Shown here one piece after another: positions 1 through 8,991 of a stretch of 64,000 nt of DNA. The stretch is from an uncultured bacterium (GTDB lineage: Bacteria > Verrucomicrobiota > Kiritimatiellia > CAIKKV01 > CALHGX01), in contig CALHGX010000017.1 of the NCBI GenBank assembly GCA_938031185.1, positions 7,662 to 71,661 of the forward strand. The letters are read 5' to 3'. The position numbers and the translations under genes are program-made. Each line of letters opens with the position of its first letter. The stretch's first letter is position 1. The notes beneath the pieces were generated by a model, which worked only from the letters and a program-made list of their open reading frames with translations, made no database searches and was not told where the DNA came from.

Positions 1-565
1 CGTAAAGCTGGGAGGGATGCCGGGGCGCGATGAGGTTGTAGGGTGTTCCCGGCGCAGCACTTCGCGGAAAGATTACGGCCCACGGCACCGTGCTCACTTT
101 GCCCCAAAGCTCGCCGTTGATGAAATTCGCGATGCGGCCCAGGAACAGGCCAACCGGCGCGACCGAACTCACCAGATCGCCCAATGCCAGAACGGGCAAC
201 TTGACCTGGCGCGAAATCCACACGAGGGCCAGCGCCACGCCGACAAACCCGCCATGACTCGACATGCCCCCGTCCCAGACGCGGAACACCATCCACGGAT
301 CGCGGACGAACTCAGGCCAAGCGTAAAGAACCGTATATCCCACCCGGCCACCGAGCAAGACCCCAAGAACCAACGCGCTCATCGCGGTGCCGATCCGATG
401 CGTATCCAGCGGCGATTTACCTGCGCGGTAGTAGTACCTCAGTAGGAGACCCGCGATCACAAACGCCATCAGGTAGGCCACGCCATAGTAACGGATACCC
501 ATGTCTCCGTGGACATGGATCATCACGGGGTCGAGGCGATTGATCCAATATGGCGTCGGGGTCAT
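1..565 (-). CDS. lgt: prolipoprotein diacylglyceryl transferase, 3' end cut by window edge
   Basis: Absent from the ORF track because it runs off the left edge. My reverse-strand translation from the ATG at 565-563 reads MTPTPYWINRLDPVMIHVHGDMGIRYYGVAYLMAFVIAG...WDGGMSSHGGFVG...GRIANFINGELWGK, which are typical Lgt motifs. The + strand ORF 17..445 is its antisense shadow. Confidence 0.85.
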   Translation of the reverse strand, partial: MTPTPYWINRLDPVMIHVHGDMGIRYYGVAYLMAFVIAGLLLRYYYRAGKSPLDTHRIGTAMSALVLGVLLGGRVGYTVLYAWPEFVRDPWMVFRVWDGGMSSHGGFVGVALALVWISRQVKLPVLALGDLVSSVAPVGLFLGRIANFINGELWGKVSTVPWAVIFPRSAAPGTPYNLIAPRHPSQLY

Positions 566-584
566 CAGCTATTCCCGCGTGCGC

Positions 585-920
585 CTATTTCTGGCGCAAT
601 TTCTCTTCCAGTTGTTTCTTGGCCGTTACGAGAATCTTGTTTTTCTTAATCACGTCCCGCACGTACTGCTTGTCGGGGAATCCGATCGCATTGAAAACGC
701 ACCAGGCTTCGCACGATGTGCAGCCCACCAGGCGTTGCAGGGGACGGGCCACAACGGCCTTTCGTTTGCCTTCGTCATAACCGAACACGTCCCTTCCGCA
801 ACTGGTCACGCACATGCCGCAACCGGTGCACTTGTTTTCATCAATCGTCGGATGCCAGTCGATCTGCTCTCTCGGCACCCCTTTCCATGTCGCGAATTTC
901 TCCGGCAACCGCGCACTCAT
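585..920 (-). CDS. 4Fe-4S ferredoxin-domain protein
   Basis: 111 aa. CTGCGMCVTSC (CxxCxxCxxxC) plus a second degenerate cluster motif CTSCEAWC. Its start overlaps the upstream stop in an ATGA (917-920). Confidence 0.75.
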   Translation of the reverse strand: MSARLPEKFATWKGVPREQIDWHPTIDENKCTGCGMCVTSCGRDVFGYDEGKRKAVVARPLQRLVGCTSCEAWCVFNAIGFPDKQYVRDVIKKNKILVTAKKQLEEKLRQK

Positions 921-1690
921 TCCGCGCGCTCCTTGCTTTCTGACTGATGTTGCCGCCGCGATTCGAGCAGTGCCAAAGCGCCCTTGCCGCGTGCCCGCGG
1001 GATGGCCTTTTGGCTGAGATAGAGAACCGCCTCCGCCAAGCGTTCGAACATGGCGAAAGGGAATCCCAATATGGCCTCGTTCGGGCCGATGTCGGTGGCG
1101 TCACGGCAGCCATAACACCCCATACTCATGTTGAATTTCTGCTCGACATACGGGATAAGCGTGGCGTCCACGCAGGCGGCCTGCAAGATTGCGGTGCTGC
1201 TCTCGACGCGCTGACCGCCTTTCAGGTTCAGATAGGCCAGGGCGATCCACATCAGTCTCTCCGTTTCGTCCTCCACCACGACGACGTCGGGCTCCAGCTC
1301 GGCGGTTTCGAGAGGGAAGAGATACAGCGCTTGCAACTTGCCCTCCGGCAGAGTCGTCATACCCTCGAACATCGTCTTTCCGGTCGCCGCATGCTCGACG
1401 ATGCCGAAGCCCACCAAACCCTGCCCAGCCTTCAAGCCTTCGGGCAACGGCCGGAAGCCAAACGCGGCCGCGGCGGCCGGGCAGGCGATGCCCTCCGCGT
1501 CGAGCGTGACGTGCGCCCCGTGCCGGGCCTTCATGAGCGCCTGGCAGTAGCGATGCCCCGAAAGCGCTGTTGTCTGACCGGGCAGGCGCGTATCGTCGGC
1601 AAGAGCGAACTTCACTCCGACCGGATAAATGGACGATCCGAGCGCCGTCCGGAACCGTCTGGCGGTTTCCCGCAATTCCACAGGATTCAT
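917..1690 (-). CDS. DUF169-family protein (COG2043-like)
   Basis: The MNPVELRETARRFRTALGSSIYPVGVKFA... N-terminus and overall layout resemble DUF169 proteins. I chose the internal ATG at 1690 because the longer ORF (to 1777) overlaps the upstream gene. Confidence 0.6.
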   Translation of the reverse strand: MNPVELRETARRFRTALGSSIYPVGVKFALADDTRLPGQTTALSGHRYCQALMKARHGAHVTLDAEGIACPAAAAAFGFRPLPEGLKAGQGLVGFGIVEHAATGKTMFEGMTTLPEGKLQALYLFPLETAELEPDVVVVEDETERLMWIALAYLNLKGGQRVESSTAILQAACVDATLIPYVEQKFNMSMGCYGCRDATDIGPNEAILGFPFAMFERLAEAVLYLSQKAIPRARGKGALALLESRRQHQSESKERAE

Positions 1691-1695
1691 GCCTA

Positions 1696-1881
1696 TCACT
1701 TCTCGCTCTTCGGCAGACAATCCTCCCGCCAGCAGCACAGCAACTGGTCGCATTCGGTGCGACCCGTCGCGAAACATGCGGTGTTGCCCTCGGCGGTCTG
1801 AATCGCCCGAATCAAGTCGGGCTTCTTCATCCGCTGACCCTTGACACCCAGTTCTTTCGCTTTCCTTCTGACCTCGCTCAT
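1696..1881 (-). CDS. 61-aa protein with a Rho-N/SAP-like N-terminal helix-hairpin and a C-terminal five-Cys motif
   Basis: This is the C-terminal part of ORF 1696..2532: MSEVRRKAKELGVKGQRMKKPDLIRAIQTAEGNTACFATGRTECDQLLCCWREDCLPKSEK. The KAKELGV...KKPDLIRAIQ pattern looks Rho_N/SAP-like. Cys residues are at 36, 44, 49, 50 and 55. Confidence 0.55.
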   Translation of the reverse strand: MSEVRRKAKELGVKGQRMKKPDLIRAIQTAEGNTACFATGRTECDQLLCCWREDCLPKSEK

Positions 1882-1907
1882 TTTCACAGTTCGCCTCCTG
1901 TTACGTT

Positions 1908-2486
1908 TCAGAACCACAACTTTTCTGTCTGCGGCCGGATCGAGACACCCGGCGGCGAGTAAGCCCTCGGCAACAGCCGCTCCATCGCGAACCCAATGAA
2001 GATGAACACCGGCAAAGTGATCAGAGTTCGCGCGAGCGAAAAGCGCCAACCGAGAAACGCAACTTCGAAGGTCAGCATCGGAATCTTCATCGCCGAGAAA
2101 GCGCCGAGGTAGATGAAGACGTTTCGGGGCGCGCAGCCCTTCCCCCATAGACTCATGGCGACCGGGAATGCCCCATAGAGTGGTCCGGCTTGCACGGTGG
2201 CAAGCAGAACCATCCACGCAATCGCGGCAACGCCGGCGCGCTCTCCCGTATGCCGTTCCACCACGCTCCGGGGCACCCAGACCTCGAATAATCCGACCAG
2301 CAAAAACATCGCCGGGAGCACCGATGCCATTTCGATCAAGAAAACGCACAGGTTCTTCCCCGCCCTCAAGCCGAAGGCGAAATCGCCGCGGAAACGGCCA
2401 TATCCCCAGAGAGCGACGACCGCGATCAGCAGCAGCCAAGGCCAGGTTTTTCCCGCCACACGCGTTGTTTTCCGGAGACCGTTCAT
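1908..2486 (-). CDS. half-size DUF318-type permease subunit (B)
   Basis: 192 aa starting at MNGLRKTTRV. The motif FPVAMSLWGKGCAPRNVFIYLGAFSAMKIPMLTFEVAFLGWRFSLAR parallels LPLFGGIYMRGAGLGPAIAFLYSGPAINVLAIVLTARVLGWQLGVAR in the full-length permease at 9085..10476. It has a 4-nt overlap with subunit A. Confidence 0.6.
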   Translation of the reverse strand: MNGLRKTTRVAGKTWPWLLLIAVVALWGYGRFRGDFAFGLRAGKNLCVFLIEMASVLPAMFLLVGLFEVWVPRSVVERHTGERAGVAAIAWMVLLATVQAGPLYGAFPVAMSLWGKGCAPRNVFIYLGAFSAMKIPMLTFEVAFLGWRFSLARTLITLPVFIFIGFAMERLLPRAYSPPGVSIRPQTEKLWF

Positions 2487-2953
2487 GCCAGGACCCACGC
2501 CATTCCAGTAGCAACGACAAGTGTTCCGACAAGCGCCAAACCGTTGCGCTGAAGCGCCACCCTCCAACCGAAGAACCTGGCCTCGACCGGCAAGGTGAGC
2601 ACGCCGACCATCATGAGAGAGGTGATGAACGCCGCAAGCACGGGAGTTGAGGCGCCGTTCTGCCGGAGAATGCCCGCGAGAGGGTAAGCGATGAAACCAG
2701 GGATCAGCGCGATGCTGCCGATCCCGATCGCCGCGAAAAACGGCCCCGGTCCCGAACCGGAGAGCGCAGGGCGAAGCATTTCCGGCGTTACAGCCGCAAG
2801 CGTCAGACTCACCAGCGCAAGCACCCCGCACAAAAGCGGAAAAATGCTCCAGAATATCCTCAAGCCTTTCACTATCGCCGCTAGGGTTTTCCGCCGGTCG
2901 GCAAGGAGAGACGCAAGGAGGGCTACGCCTGCTATGATCCACAGCAAGGTCAT
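2483..2953 (-). CDS. half-size DUF318-type permease subunit (A)
   Basis: 156 aa from MTLLWIIAGVALL, preceded by GGGGAGAAACGAGCC. Multi-TM. FIAYPLAGILRQNGASTPVLAAFITSLMMVGVLTLPVEARFFGWRVALQR is the same repeat-unit motif as in the large permease. Confidence 0.6.
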   Translation of the reverse strand: MTLLWIIAGVALLASLLADRRKTLAAIVKGLRIFWSIFPLLCGVLALVSLTLAAVTPEMLRPALSGSGPGPFFAAIGIGSIALIPGFIAYPLAGILRQNGASTPVLAAFITSLMMVGVLTLPVEARFFGWRVALQRNGLALVGTLVVATGMAWVLA

Positions 2954-3303
2954 GGCTCGTTTCTCCCCTTTTCGATCTTGCGTCGGCCAGGCTTGCACCG
3001 ACAAAGCACGGCGATAACCAACGATGCTTCGGCGGCCTGCATACTGCGCGTTGTGGAACCGCCGGGGATGAAGACGGCGCCTGGCGCCACAACCCGCGCC
3101 TTCTCCGTTTCCGCGCAGAATGTCACGCTTCCTTCCAGAACGACAAACACCACGTCATCGCGCATCCGGCAGGGCGGAATTCGTGCGCCGGAGGCGAGCC
3201 TGAGACGACGGACTTTGACAATGTCCTGGTCCAACAGCATGTGAACGGCCACTCCACCCTTCGGCGGTCCCGAACCTTCCATGTCGAGTTTCACCATTTT
3301 CAT
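2950..3303 (-). CDS. cupin-fold protein with non-canonical metal-ligand positions
   Basis: MKMVKLDMEGSG...ARIPPCRMRDDVVFVVLEGSVTF...GAVFIPGG has a cupin beta-barrel pattern but lacks the usual HxH. ATGA overlaps at both ends (2950-2953 and 3300-3303). Confidence 0.5.
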   Translation of the reverse strand: MKMVKLDMEGSGPPKGGVAVHMLLDQDIVKVRRLRLASGARIPPCRMRDDVVFVVLEGSVTFCAETEKARVVAPGAVFIPGGSTTRSMQAAEASLVIAVLCRCKPGRRKIEKGRNEP

Positions 3304-6300
3304 CGGACGCCTCCGGCCTTGTGGCGCATACACACCCCATAGGCCGCCGGCAGGAAGAACAACGTCAACAACAGCGAATACAGCAAGCCGCCGATCACGG
3401 CGATGGCCATGGGCTTGAGCATGTCGCCACCTTCGCCCAGGTTGAGCGCCAACGGCAGCAGGCCGAGCACCGTGGTCAACTGAGTTATCAAAATGGGCCG
3501 CAACCGGATGGGCGCGGCTTTCTTTGCGGCTTCCAGGGGCGGCAGCCTCTCACGGCGGTATTCTTCCGCCAGCGTGAGCAGCACGACGCCCTGGGAGGCA
3601 ATGCCGCCCATCATGACGACGAGGCCGATCATCACCGTGACGCCGATGGGAATGTGAAACAGGTACAACGCTCCGAAAGCGCCCGTCAGCGCAAACGGGA
3701 TGTTCACCATCGCCAGCACGGGCAGCAGGAACGAATCGAACTGAATGGCGAGCACCACATACGCGAACAGCACGGCAAATCCCAGGATCAGCGACATTGT
3801 CCGCCGGTTTTCCTCCATCATCTGGGCTTGTCCGCCCATGGCAAAGCTGACGCCCGGTGGACGCTGGAGCGAGGCCACGGCAGACTCCGCCCGGCGAACC
3901 GCCTCTCCCACGCTTACCCCTGACGAATCCGCCCGCACAATGACCTGCTTGATTTGGTTTTCGCGGGCAATCTCCACGGGACCGACGGCACGGCGGACTT
4001 CGGCAATGTCGCGCACCCGAATGGCGCGGCCTTCGCGCGACTCCAGCACAAGGTTCTCCACGTCCTCCTTGGACGCCAACGCCGGCTCGGGAACCATCAC
4101 GCGGATGTCGTAGTATTCGCCCCGATCCCGGTACTCGGTCGAAACGACGCCCCCCACCAATCCCCGAAGCGTGGAAGCCACCTTCCCCACCGGAATGCCG
4201 AGCGCCGATGCGCGAGCCCGGTCGACGTAAACTCGGTATTCGGGTTTCGTCATATCCATCGAAATGTTCACGCCGCTCAGGCCGGGGGTCTCGCTGAGTT
4301 TGCCGGCGACCTGCTTGGCGAACTCGTAGATCGGCATGATTTCCGAACCCTGGATTTTGACTTCGACATCCTGCAGTCCGATCTGGCGAATCCCCTTGAT
4401 CTTCATCTGCATGACGGGCAGCTTGGCGCCGGGCGCCATGGCCTTCTTAACCATCGGCTTGATCTTTTCGACGAATTGGGCGGTCGTTATGGAGCGTTTG
4501 GCTTTCGGCACCAGTTGAATATCCACTTCACCTTCTTCTGCGATCTCGTAGGTTGCAAGCCCCCACACTCTACCGCCCGCCATGGTGAAAATGCTCTCGA
4601 TTTCCGGCAGTCCCTTGACCTGCTCCTCCACGGAGGCAAGAATCCGGTCGGTTTCACCGACGGCCGTCCCCGCGGGCATCTTGAGCTTCACCATCACACG
4701 ACCGTCGTCCACCTTCGGCAGAAATTCCGAGCCGGTCTGCCTGGCCAGCCAGAATCCGCCCACGAACAACAGGGAGAAGAGAACCAGCAGGAGCCATCGC
4801 ACTTTCATGGCCCCGCCCAGCAGGGCGCTATAGCCGGCGGTCATTCGATCCACCAGCAAATCGAACGCGGCAGCCAGGCCGCGACTCCGGCCCTTCGGCT
4901 GCGCCCGCGCCACCAGCAGGTCGGTGAGGAAGGGGGTCAGAGTAACGGCGACCAAAAGAGAAAGAAGCACGATGAACGCGATGACCAGCACCAGTTCCTT
5001 GAACAGAAGGGACGCGAGCCCCGGCACGATAAGGAATGGCAGGAAGATGCCCAGAAACGTCAGGGTCGCCGCCACAATCGCCGGCCCGACTTCCGACGTT
5101 CCCTTGGCGACCACATCAGCGGGCGTCTCGTGTCGCAGGATTTCCGCCTGATGTTTCAAACGGGTGATGTTCTCCAAAACCACCGTGGAATTGTCGAGGA
5201 TGACGCCCAGCGCCACCACCAGTCCACCCAGGGAAAAGAGGTTCAAGGAAAAGCCGGCGACGTACATAAGGGAAAAATTGGCCAGCAGCGTCACCGGCAA
5301 GGCCACCAGCATGACCGCCACCTGTCGCCAATGCCCGAGAAACAGATAGATCACCAGGACGACCAGAATGGCGGAAAGAATGGCCGAATCCCGCACGCTC
5401 AGAATGGCTCCCATCACGTAGTCGCCCTGATTCTCGACCACGCCGATCTCGATATCCTCGGGAATTTCCGCGCGCAAGGCCGCCAGTTTGTCCTTGACGC
5501 CCTGGGCCACGCGGACCGTGTTCGCTTCGGCTTGCTTGAGTACATTCACCTTCACGCACGCTCGGCCATTGAAACGGGTGATGACCCGCATTTCCTCGTG
5601 CGAATCTTCGACCGTGGCCACGTCGCGCACATAAACGAGCTCGCCGTTCTTGCCGCGTGCGATGGCCGTGTTGCGAATTTCGTCGAGATTTTCGAACTCG
5701 CCCATGGTGCGGGCGATGATCTCCCGCGTTTGGACCGTAACCCGGCCGGCAAAGATCTGCCGGTTTTCGTCGCGCAATGCCGCGGCGACCTTGTCCGGAG
5801 AAATGCCGTAGGCATTCAGCCGTTCCGGGTCGAGGTGGACGCGAATTTCGCGCTTGACTCCCCCGACCACCTCGGCGCCGGCCGTGCCGGGAACAGCGGA
5901 CAGGCGATCCACCAGCCAGTTGTCCGCCCAGTCCCGCAGCCACACCAAACTTCGCTGATCAGACGCGAGCGTGACCTCCATAACAGGCAACTGCGACGGG
6001 TCGGCCTTAATGACCACTGGAGGGTCAATATCGTCCGGCAAGCGGCGATTGACGCGCCCCATGATCGCCATCACGTCCTGATAGGCCACATCCACGTTGA
6101 CCCCGTAGCGAAAGTTCACCAGCAGCGTGTACATGCCCTCGATACATGACGAATCGAGGTAGTCGAGGTTGTCCACTGTGGCCATGGCGCGCTCGAGCGG
6201 ATCGGCAATGTTCGTCTCGATCTCCTCAGGCGTGGCGCCCCGCCACCAGATGTGGATTTTCACCATCGGATAGGTGATGTCCGGCAGGTAGTCCACATCC

Positions 6301-6395
6301 AGTTGCGGCAGGGAGAAAAAACCTAAGGCAATGACGGCGACCGTCAGCACCGTCATGGCTACCTTGCGTTTTACACTGATCTCCGTAATTTTCAT
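3300..6395 (-). CDS. RND efflux transporter inner-membrane permease (AcrB/HAE-like)
   Basis: 1031 aa. The N-terminus is typical (MKITEISVKRKVAMTVLTVAVIALG...LPDITYPMV). Two large periplasmic loops and 12 TM segments. LGVILDNSTVVLEN motif. Confidence 0.9.
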   Translation of the reverse strand: MKITEISVKRKVAMTVLTVAVIALGFFSLPQLDVDYLPDITYPMVKIHIWWRGATPEEIETNIADPLERAMATVDNLDYLDSSCIEGMYTLLVNFRYGVNVDVAYQDVMAIMGRVNRRLPDDIDPPVVIKADPSQLPVMEVTLASDQRSLVWLRDWADNWLVDRLSAVPGTAGAEVVGGVKREIRVHLDPERLNAYGISPDKVAAALRDENRQIFAGRVTVQTREIIARTMGEFENLDEIRNTAIARGKNGELVYVRDVATVEDSHEEMRVITRFNGRACVKVNVLKQAEANTVRVAQGVKDKLAALRAEIPEDIEIGVVENQGDYVMGAILSVRDSAILSAILVVLVIYLFLGHWRQVAVMLVALPVTLLANFSLMYVAGFSLNLFSLGGLVVALGVILDNSTVVLENITRLKHQAEILRHETPADVVAKGTSEVGPAIVAATLTFLGIFLPFLIVPGLASLLFKELVLVIAFIVLLSLLVAVTLTPFLTDLLVARAQPKGRSRGLAAAFDLLVDRMTAGYSALLGGAMKVRWLLLVLFSLLFVGGFWLARQTGSEFLPKVDDGRVMVKLKMPAGTAVGETDRILASVEEQVKGLPEIESIFTMAGGRVWGLATYEIAEEGEVDIQLVPKAKRSITTAQFVEKIKPMVKKAMAPGAKLPVMQMKIKGIRQIGLQDVEVKIQGSEIMPIYEFAKQVAGKLSETPGLSGVNISMDMTKPEYRVYVDRARASALGIPVGKVASTLRGLVGGVVSTEYRDRGEYYDIRVMVPEPALASKEDVENLVLESREGRAIRVRDIAEVRRAVGPVEIARENQIKQVIVRADSSGVSVGEAVRRAESAVASLQRPPGVSFAMGGQAQMMEENRRTMSLILGFAVLFAYVVLAIQFDSFLLPVLAMVNIPFALTGAFGALYLFHIPIGVTVMIGLVVMMGGIASQGVVLLTLAEEYRRERLPPLEAAKKAAPIRLRPILITQLTTVLGLLPLALNLGEGGDMLKPMAIAVIGGLLYSLLLTLFFLPAAYGVCMRHKAGGVR

Positions 6396-7546
6396 GATGT
6401 CGGCTTGCCTGTTCCGGTCGCTGAGTCGGTTTGTCCGCGGGCGGGAGCCGCCTCCATTGTGCCGCCTGGTCCGCTGCCTGCTTTTTTCTTCTGCCCCATG
6501 ACTTGAACTGTCGCGCCGTCCTTCAACGCTTCGTTTCCGCGGGTAATCACCATTTCGCCAGCCTGAATTCCGCTCTCGACGCCTACGGCTTCGCCCGCCT
6601 CCAACGCGACGTTGACCTTGCGCCGAACGGCTTTCTCCCCTTCCAGCACGAACGCAACCGTCTCCCCATTGGGCAGCACCACCAAAGCGCTCTCCGGCAC
6701 CACAACGGCGTTGGGCAGCGTCCGGACCGCCACGTCCACCCGGGCAAACATGCCGCTCAGGAGTTTCACGTCGTCCGACAACACCGCTTCTACCGTCAAG
6801 GTGCGAGTCGTGCGTTCCAGTTCCGGATACAAACGCACGATTTTGCCCGCAAAACGCCTGTTCGGATAGGCGTCGAGAGTAACGCTAACCGGTTGATTCG
6901 TTTGGAGCGCGAGGGCATGCTGCTCCGGAATAGACATCCGAACGACAAGACTTGCCGGCTCGTACAGCTCCACCAACGGCGCGCGCGGCGAGACATAATT
7001 CCCTTCGGAGACCCAGACCTTCGACACCACCCCATCCCACGGCGCCGCGATCTCATAGTCGCTCGTGCCCGTCTCCATGGCCGCAACCTGCGCTTCGGCG
7101 CGCTTCAGATTCGACCGCGCGGCGTCCAGTTGTTCGCCGGGCAGTGAGCCACTCTTGACCAGTTGCTCAACACGCTTGAACTCCGCCTCCTGCCGCCGGA
7201 GTTCCTCCCGGGCCGCCTCAAGCCCCGCCTCAGCTATGCGGCTGCGCCCCACTTTCACTAGAATCTGACCGTTCTTGACAAAATCGCCCTCCCGGACCGT
7301 GCACTCCACGATGGGACCTTCCGCCGGCGACGCCATCCGGGCCACTTTCACAGGCTCCACGGAACCGGTATAGGTCAGTGTCTTCGAGAGATCGCGCTTC
7401 TCTGCCTTAACCACCTGAACCAGCGGCAGAGGCTTCGGGGCTTGCGCGCCCGCATCGGACTTGCCCCGGCCGCAACCGGCAGCGAGGAGAAGGGACAGGA
7501 CTGGAATGATGGAATACTGGAATAATAGAAAGATGCGCCGGATCAT
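6392..7546 (-). CDS. RND periplasmic adaptor (membrane fusion protein), lipoprotein
   Basis: HlyD/MFP-like coiled-coil and beta-barrel sequence. I chose the start MIRRIFLLFQYSIIPVLSLLLAAGC, which has a lipobox (LAAG-C). ATGA overlap with the RND gene. Confidence 0.85.
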   Translation of the reverse strand: MIRRIFLLFQYSIIPVLSLLLAAGCGRGKSDAGAQAPKPLPLVQVVKAEKRDLSKTLTYTGSVEPVKVARMASPAEGPIVECTVREGDFVKNGQILVKVGRSRIAEAGLEAAREELRRQEAEFKRVEQLVKSGSLPGEQLDAARSNLKRAEAQVAAMETGTSDYEIAAPWDGVVSKVWVSEGNYVSPRAPLVELYEPASLVVRMSIPEQHALALQTNQPVSVTLDAYPNRRFAGKIVRLYPELERTTRTLTVEAVLSDDVKLLSGMFARVDVAVRTLPNAVVVPESALVVLPNGETVAFVLEGEKAVRRKVNVALEAGEAVGVESGIQAGEMVITRGNEALKDGATVQVMGQKKKAGSGPGGTMEAAPARGQTDSATGTGKPTS

Positions 7547-7608
7547 ACAACGATCACGCCGCACACCCCTCGTTCCAGCAATCCATCGTTCCAACATTCC
7601 ATTCTTTC
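7503..7608. repeat. palindromic module of 8-nt GGAAnnnT units (copy 1)
   Basis: GGAATGAT GGAATACT GGAATAAT (7503-7526), a 50-nt spacer, then AGCAATCC ATCGTTCC AACATTCC ATTCTTTC (7577-7608). The arms are imperfect reverse complements (17/24 by hand alignment). Confidence 0.7.
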
Positions 7609-8991
7609 TCATGGTAATATTTCTCCCACGGCCAGTTTGCGCCGCGCCTCCGCCACCGCCAGATCCGCCAGCGCGCGCGCGTAGCTGGTCTGAGCCGTAA
7701 CCAGGGCTGTCTGGGCGTCCAGCACATCGGTCATGGTACCCTTGCCCAGGTCGTATTTTTCCTTCATGATCCGAAAACTCTCTTCGGCCTGGCCGACCGC
7801 CTGTTCGGCCGTCCGGACCCGCTCGCGCGCGGCAGCGATGTCAGACAGGGCCGTCTCCACTTCAAAGCGAATCTGCAATTCCAGCTTGCGCAGACGTTCC
7901 TGCGCTCCGCGCAGACGCGCCGCCTGTTCCGCTACCTTGGCGCCGGTCAGCCGTCCGTCGAAAAGGGGGACCTCAAGCACCACACCGGCACGGCCGACCT
8001 CCACCTGGTCATCGGTCGCCTCGGTCTGATCCGACGGATCCGGCATCCAGCGCACGCCATACGAAGCCTGCGCCGCGACGGTGGGCCGGTAGCCGGCGCG
8101 GGCCGCCCGCACGCCGGCCTCGGCGGCCGAGACGGCGGCCAGTGCGGCGCGGTAATCCGCCCGCTGGACGAGAGCCTTCTTCATGCATTCCGCCGCGTCA
8201 GGACAGGCGGCAACCTCGCTCATCTGCAATTTGCCCTGCGCCTCCGGCGCCGCGGTGTCGCCCAGTCCAAGCAGCGCCGCCCAGGCGCGCTGCTGCACCG
8301 CGCGATTGCTTCTCTCCCGCACTTGGCGTTCGTACAACTCGGCCCGCCGGACGTTGGCCCGCAGCAGGTCCACGCGCGCTGCTTTCTCCGCATCAACCAG
8401 GGCCTGAACACTGCGCTGTTGCTCGTCCATGGCGTGTACCACGGTTTCGAGCGACCGCAACACCTCATCCTGCGCCAGCAGTCCGTAGAACAGGGCGGTG
8501 ACCTGATAGGCCAGCAATTCCCGCGCCCGGGCAAACTGTTCCATTGCCGCTTTGCGGCCCCAGCCCGCGACATCCGTCTCGGCGGACACACGCCCGCCAG
8601 TATACAACGGCATTGTCGCCACCAGTTCAGCCCCAAGAACCTGCGGCCCGAACACGCCGGGTTCGCCGTTCTTGGTGGCCGGCAGGAGCCGCTGGTCCTC
8701 GGTCCAGTGGTCGTAGGCGCCGCGCGCTTTCAGCGTCGGTTGCCCGCCCGCCCGCACGATGCGCAGCCGCGCCTCCGCCTCCGCCAGCCGGCTGTGCGCC
8801 TCGGCCACGTCAGGATTCTGCTCCAGGGCAATGGCCAAGGCCTCCTTCAGGGAAAGCCGGCGGGGAGCTTCGTTGTCCTGAGCCGATGAAACAACGGCCA
8901 GGAACAGCCCAAGGAAGCATGGCATAATGGAATGGTGGAATACTGGGCAATGCCTTCGTCGTCGGGCTTTCCCGATCAGTGTGGTCGGCAT
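7609..8991 (-). CDS. TolC-family outer-membrane efflux protein
   Basis: Two OEP repeats (LKEALAIALEQNPDV..., tandem coiled-coil/beta segments). I prefer the start MPTTLIGKARRRRHCPVFHHSIMPCFLGLFLAVVSSA-QD, which is signal-peptide-like. Alternatives are 8925 or 9066. Confidence 0.85.
   Translation of the reverse strand: MPTTLIGKARRRRHCPVFHHSIMPCFLGLFLAVVSSAQDNEAPRRLSLKEALAIALEQNPDVAEAHSRLAEAEARLRIVRAGGQPTLKARGAYDHWTEDQRLLPATKNGEPGVFGPQVLGAELVATMPLYTGGRVSAETDVAGWGRKAAMEQFARARELLAYQVTALFYGLLAQDEVLRSLETVVHAMDEQQRSVQALVDAEKAARVDLLRANVRRAELYERQVRERSNRAVQQRAWAALLGLGDTAAPEAQGKLQMSEVAACPDAAECMKKALVQRADYRAALAAVSAAEAGVRAARAGYRPTVAAQASYGVRWMPDPSDQTEATDDQVEVGRAGVVLEVPLFDGRLTGAKVAEQAARLRGAQERLRKLELQIRFEVETALSDIAAARERVRTAEQAVGQAEESFRIMKEKYDLGKGTMTDVLDAQTALVTAQTSYARALADLAVAEARRKLAVGEILP

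Noticed and set aside
17-445. 142-aa + strand ORF at the left edge
   Set aside because: It lies antisense to a clear Lgt coding sequence (minus strand, 1-565) and has an Arg/His/Pro-rich composition with no recognisable motif. It is a shadow ORF typical of high-GC DNA.
3321-6149. Long + strand ORFs (200, 122 and 731 aa) inside the RND transporter gene. Similar long antisense or out-of-frame ORFs occur throughout (for example 947..1801, 8810..9886, 15879..17084 N-part, 20458..21450, 41654..42550, 47844..49271, 58332..59474, 62775..63644).
   Set aside because: They overlap confidently identified genes on the other strand or frame. They are rich in Arg/Gly/His/Pro low-complexity sequence and carry no family motifs. 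High GC suppresses stop codons in non-coding frames.
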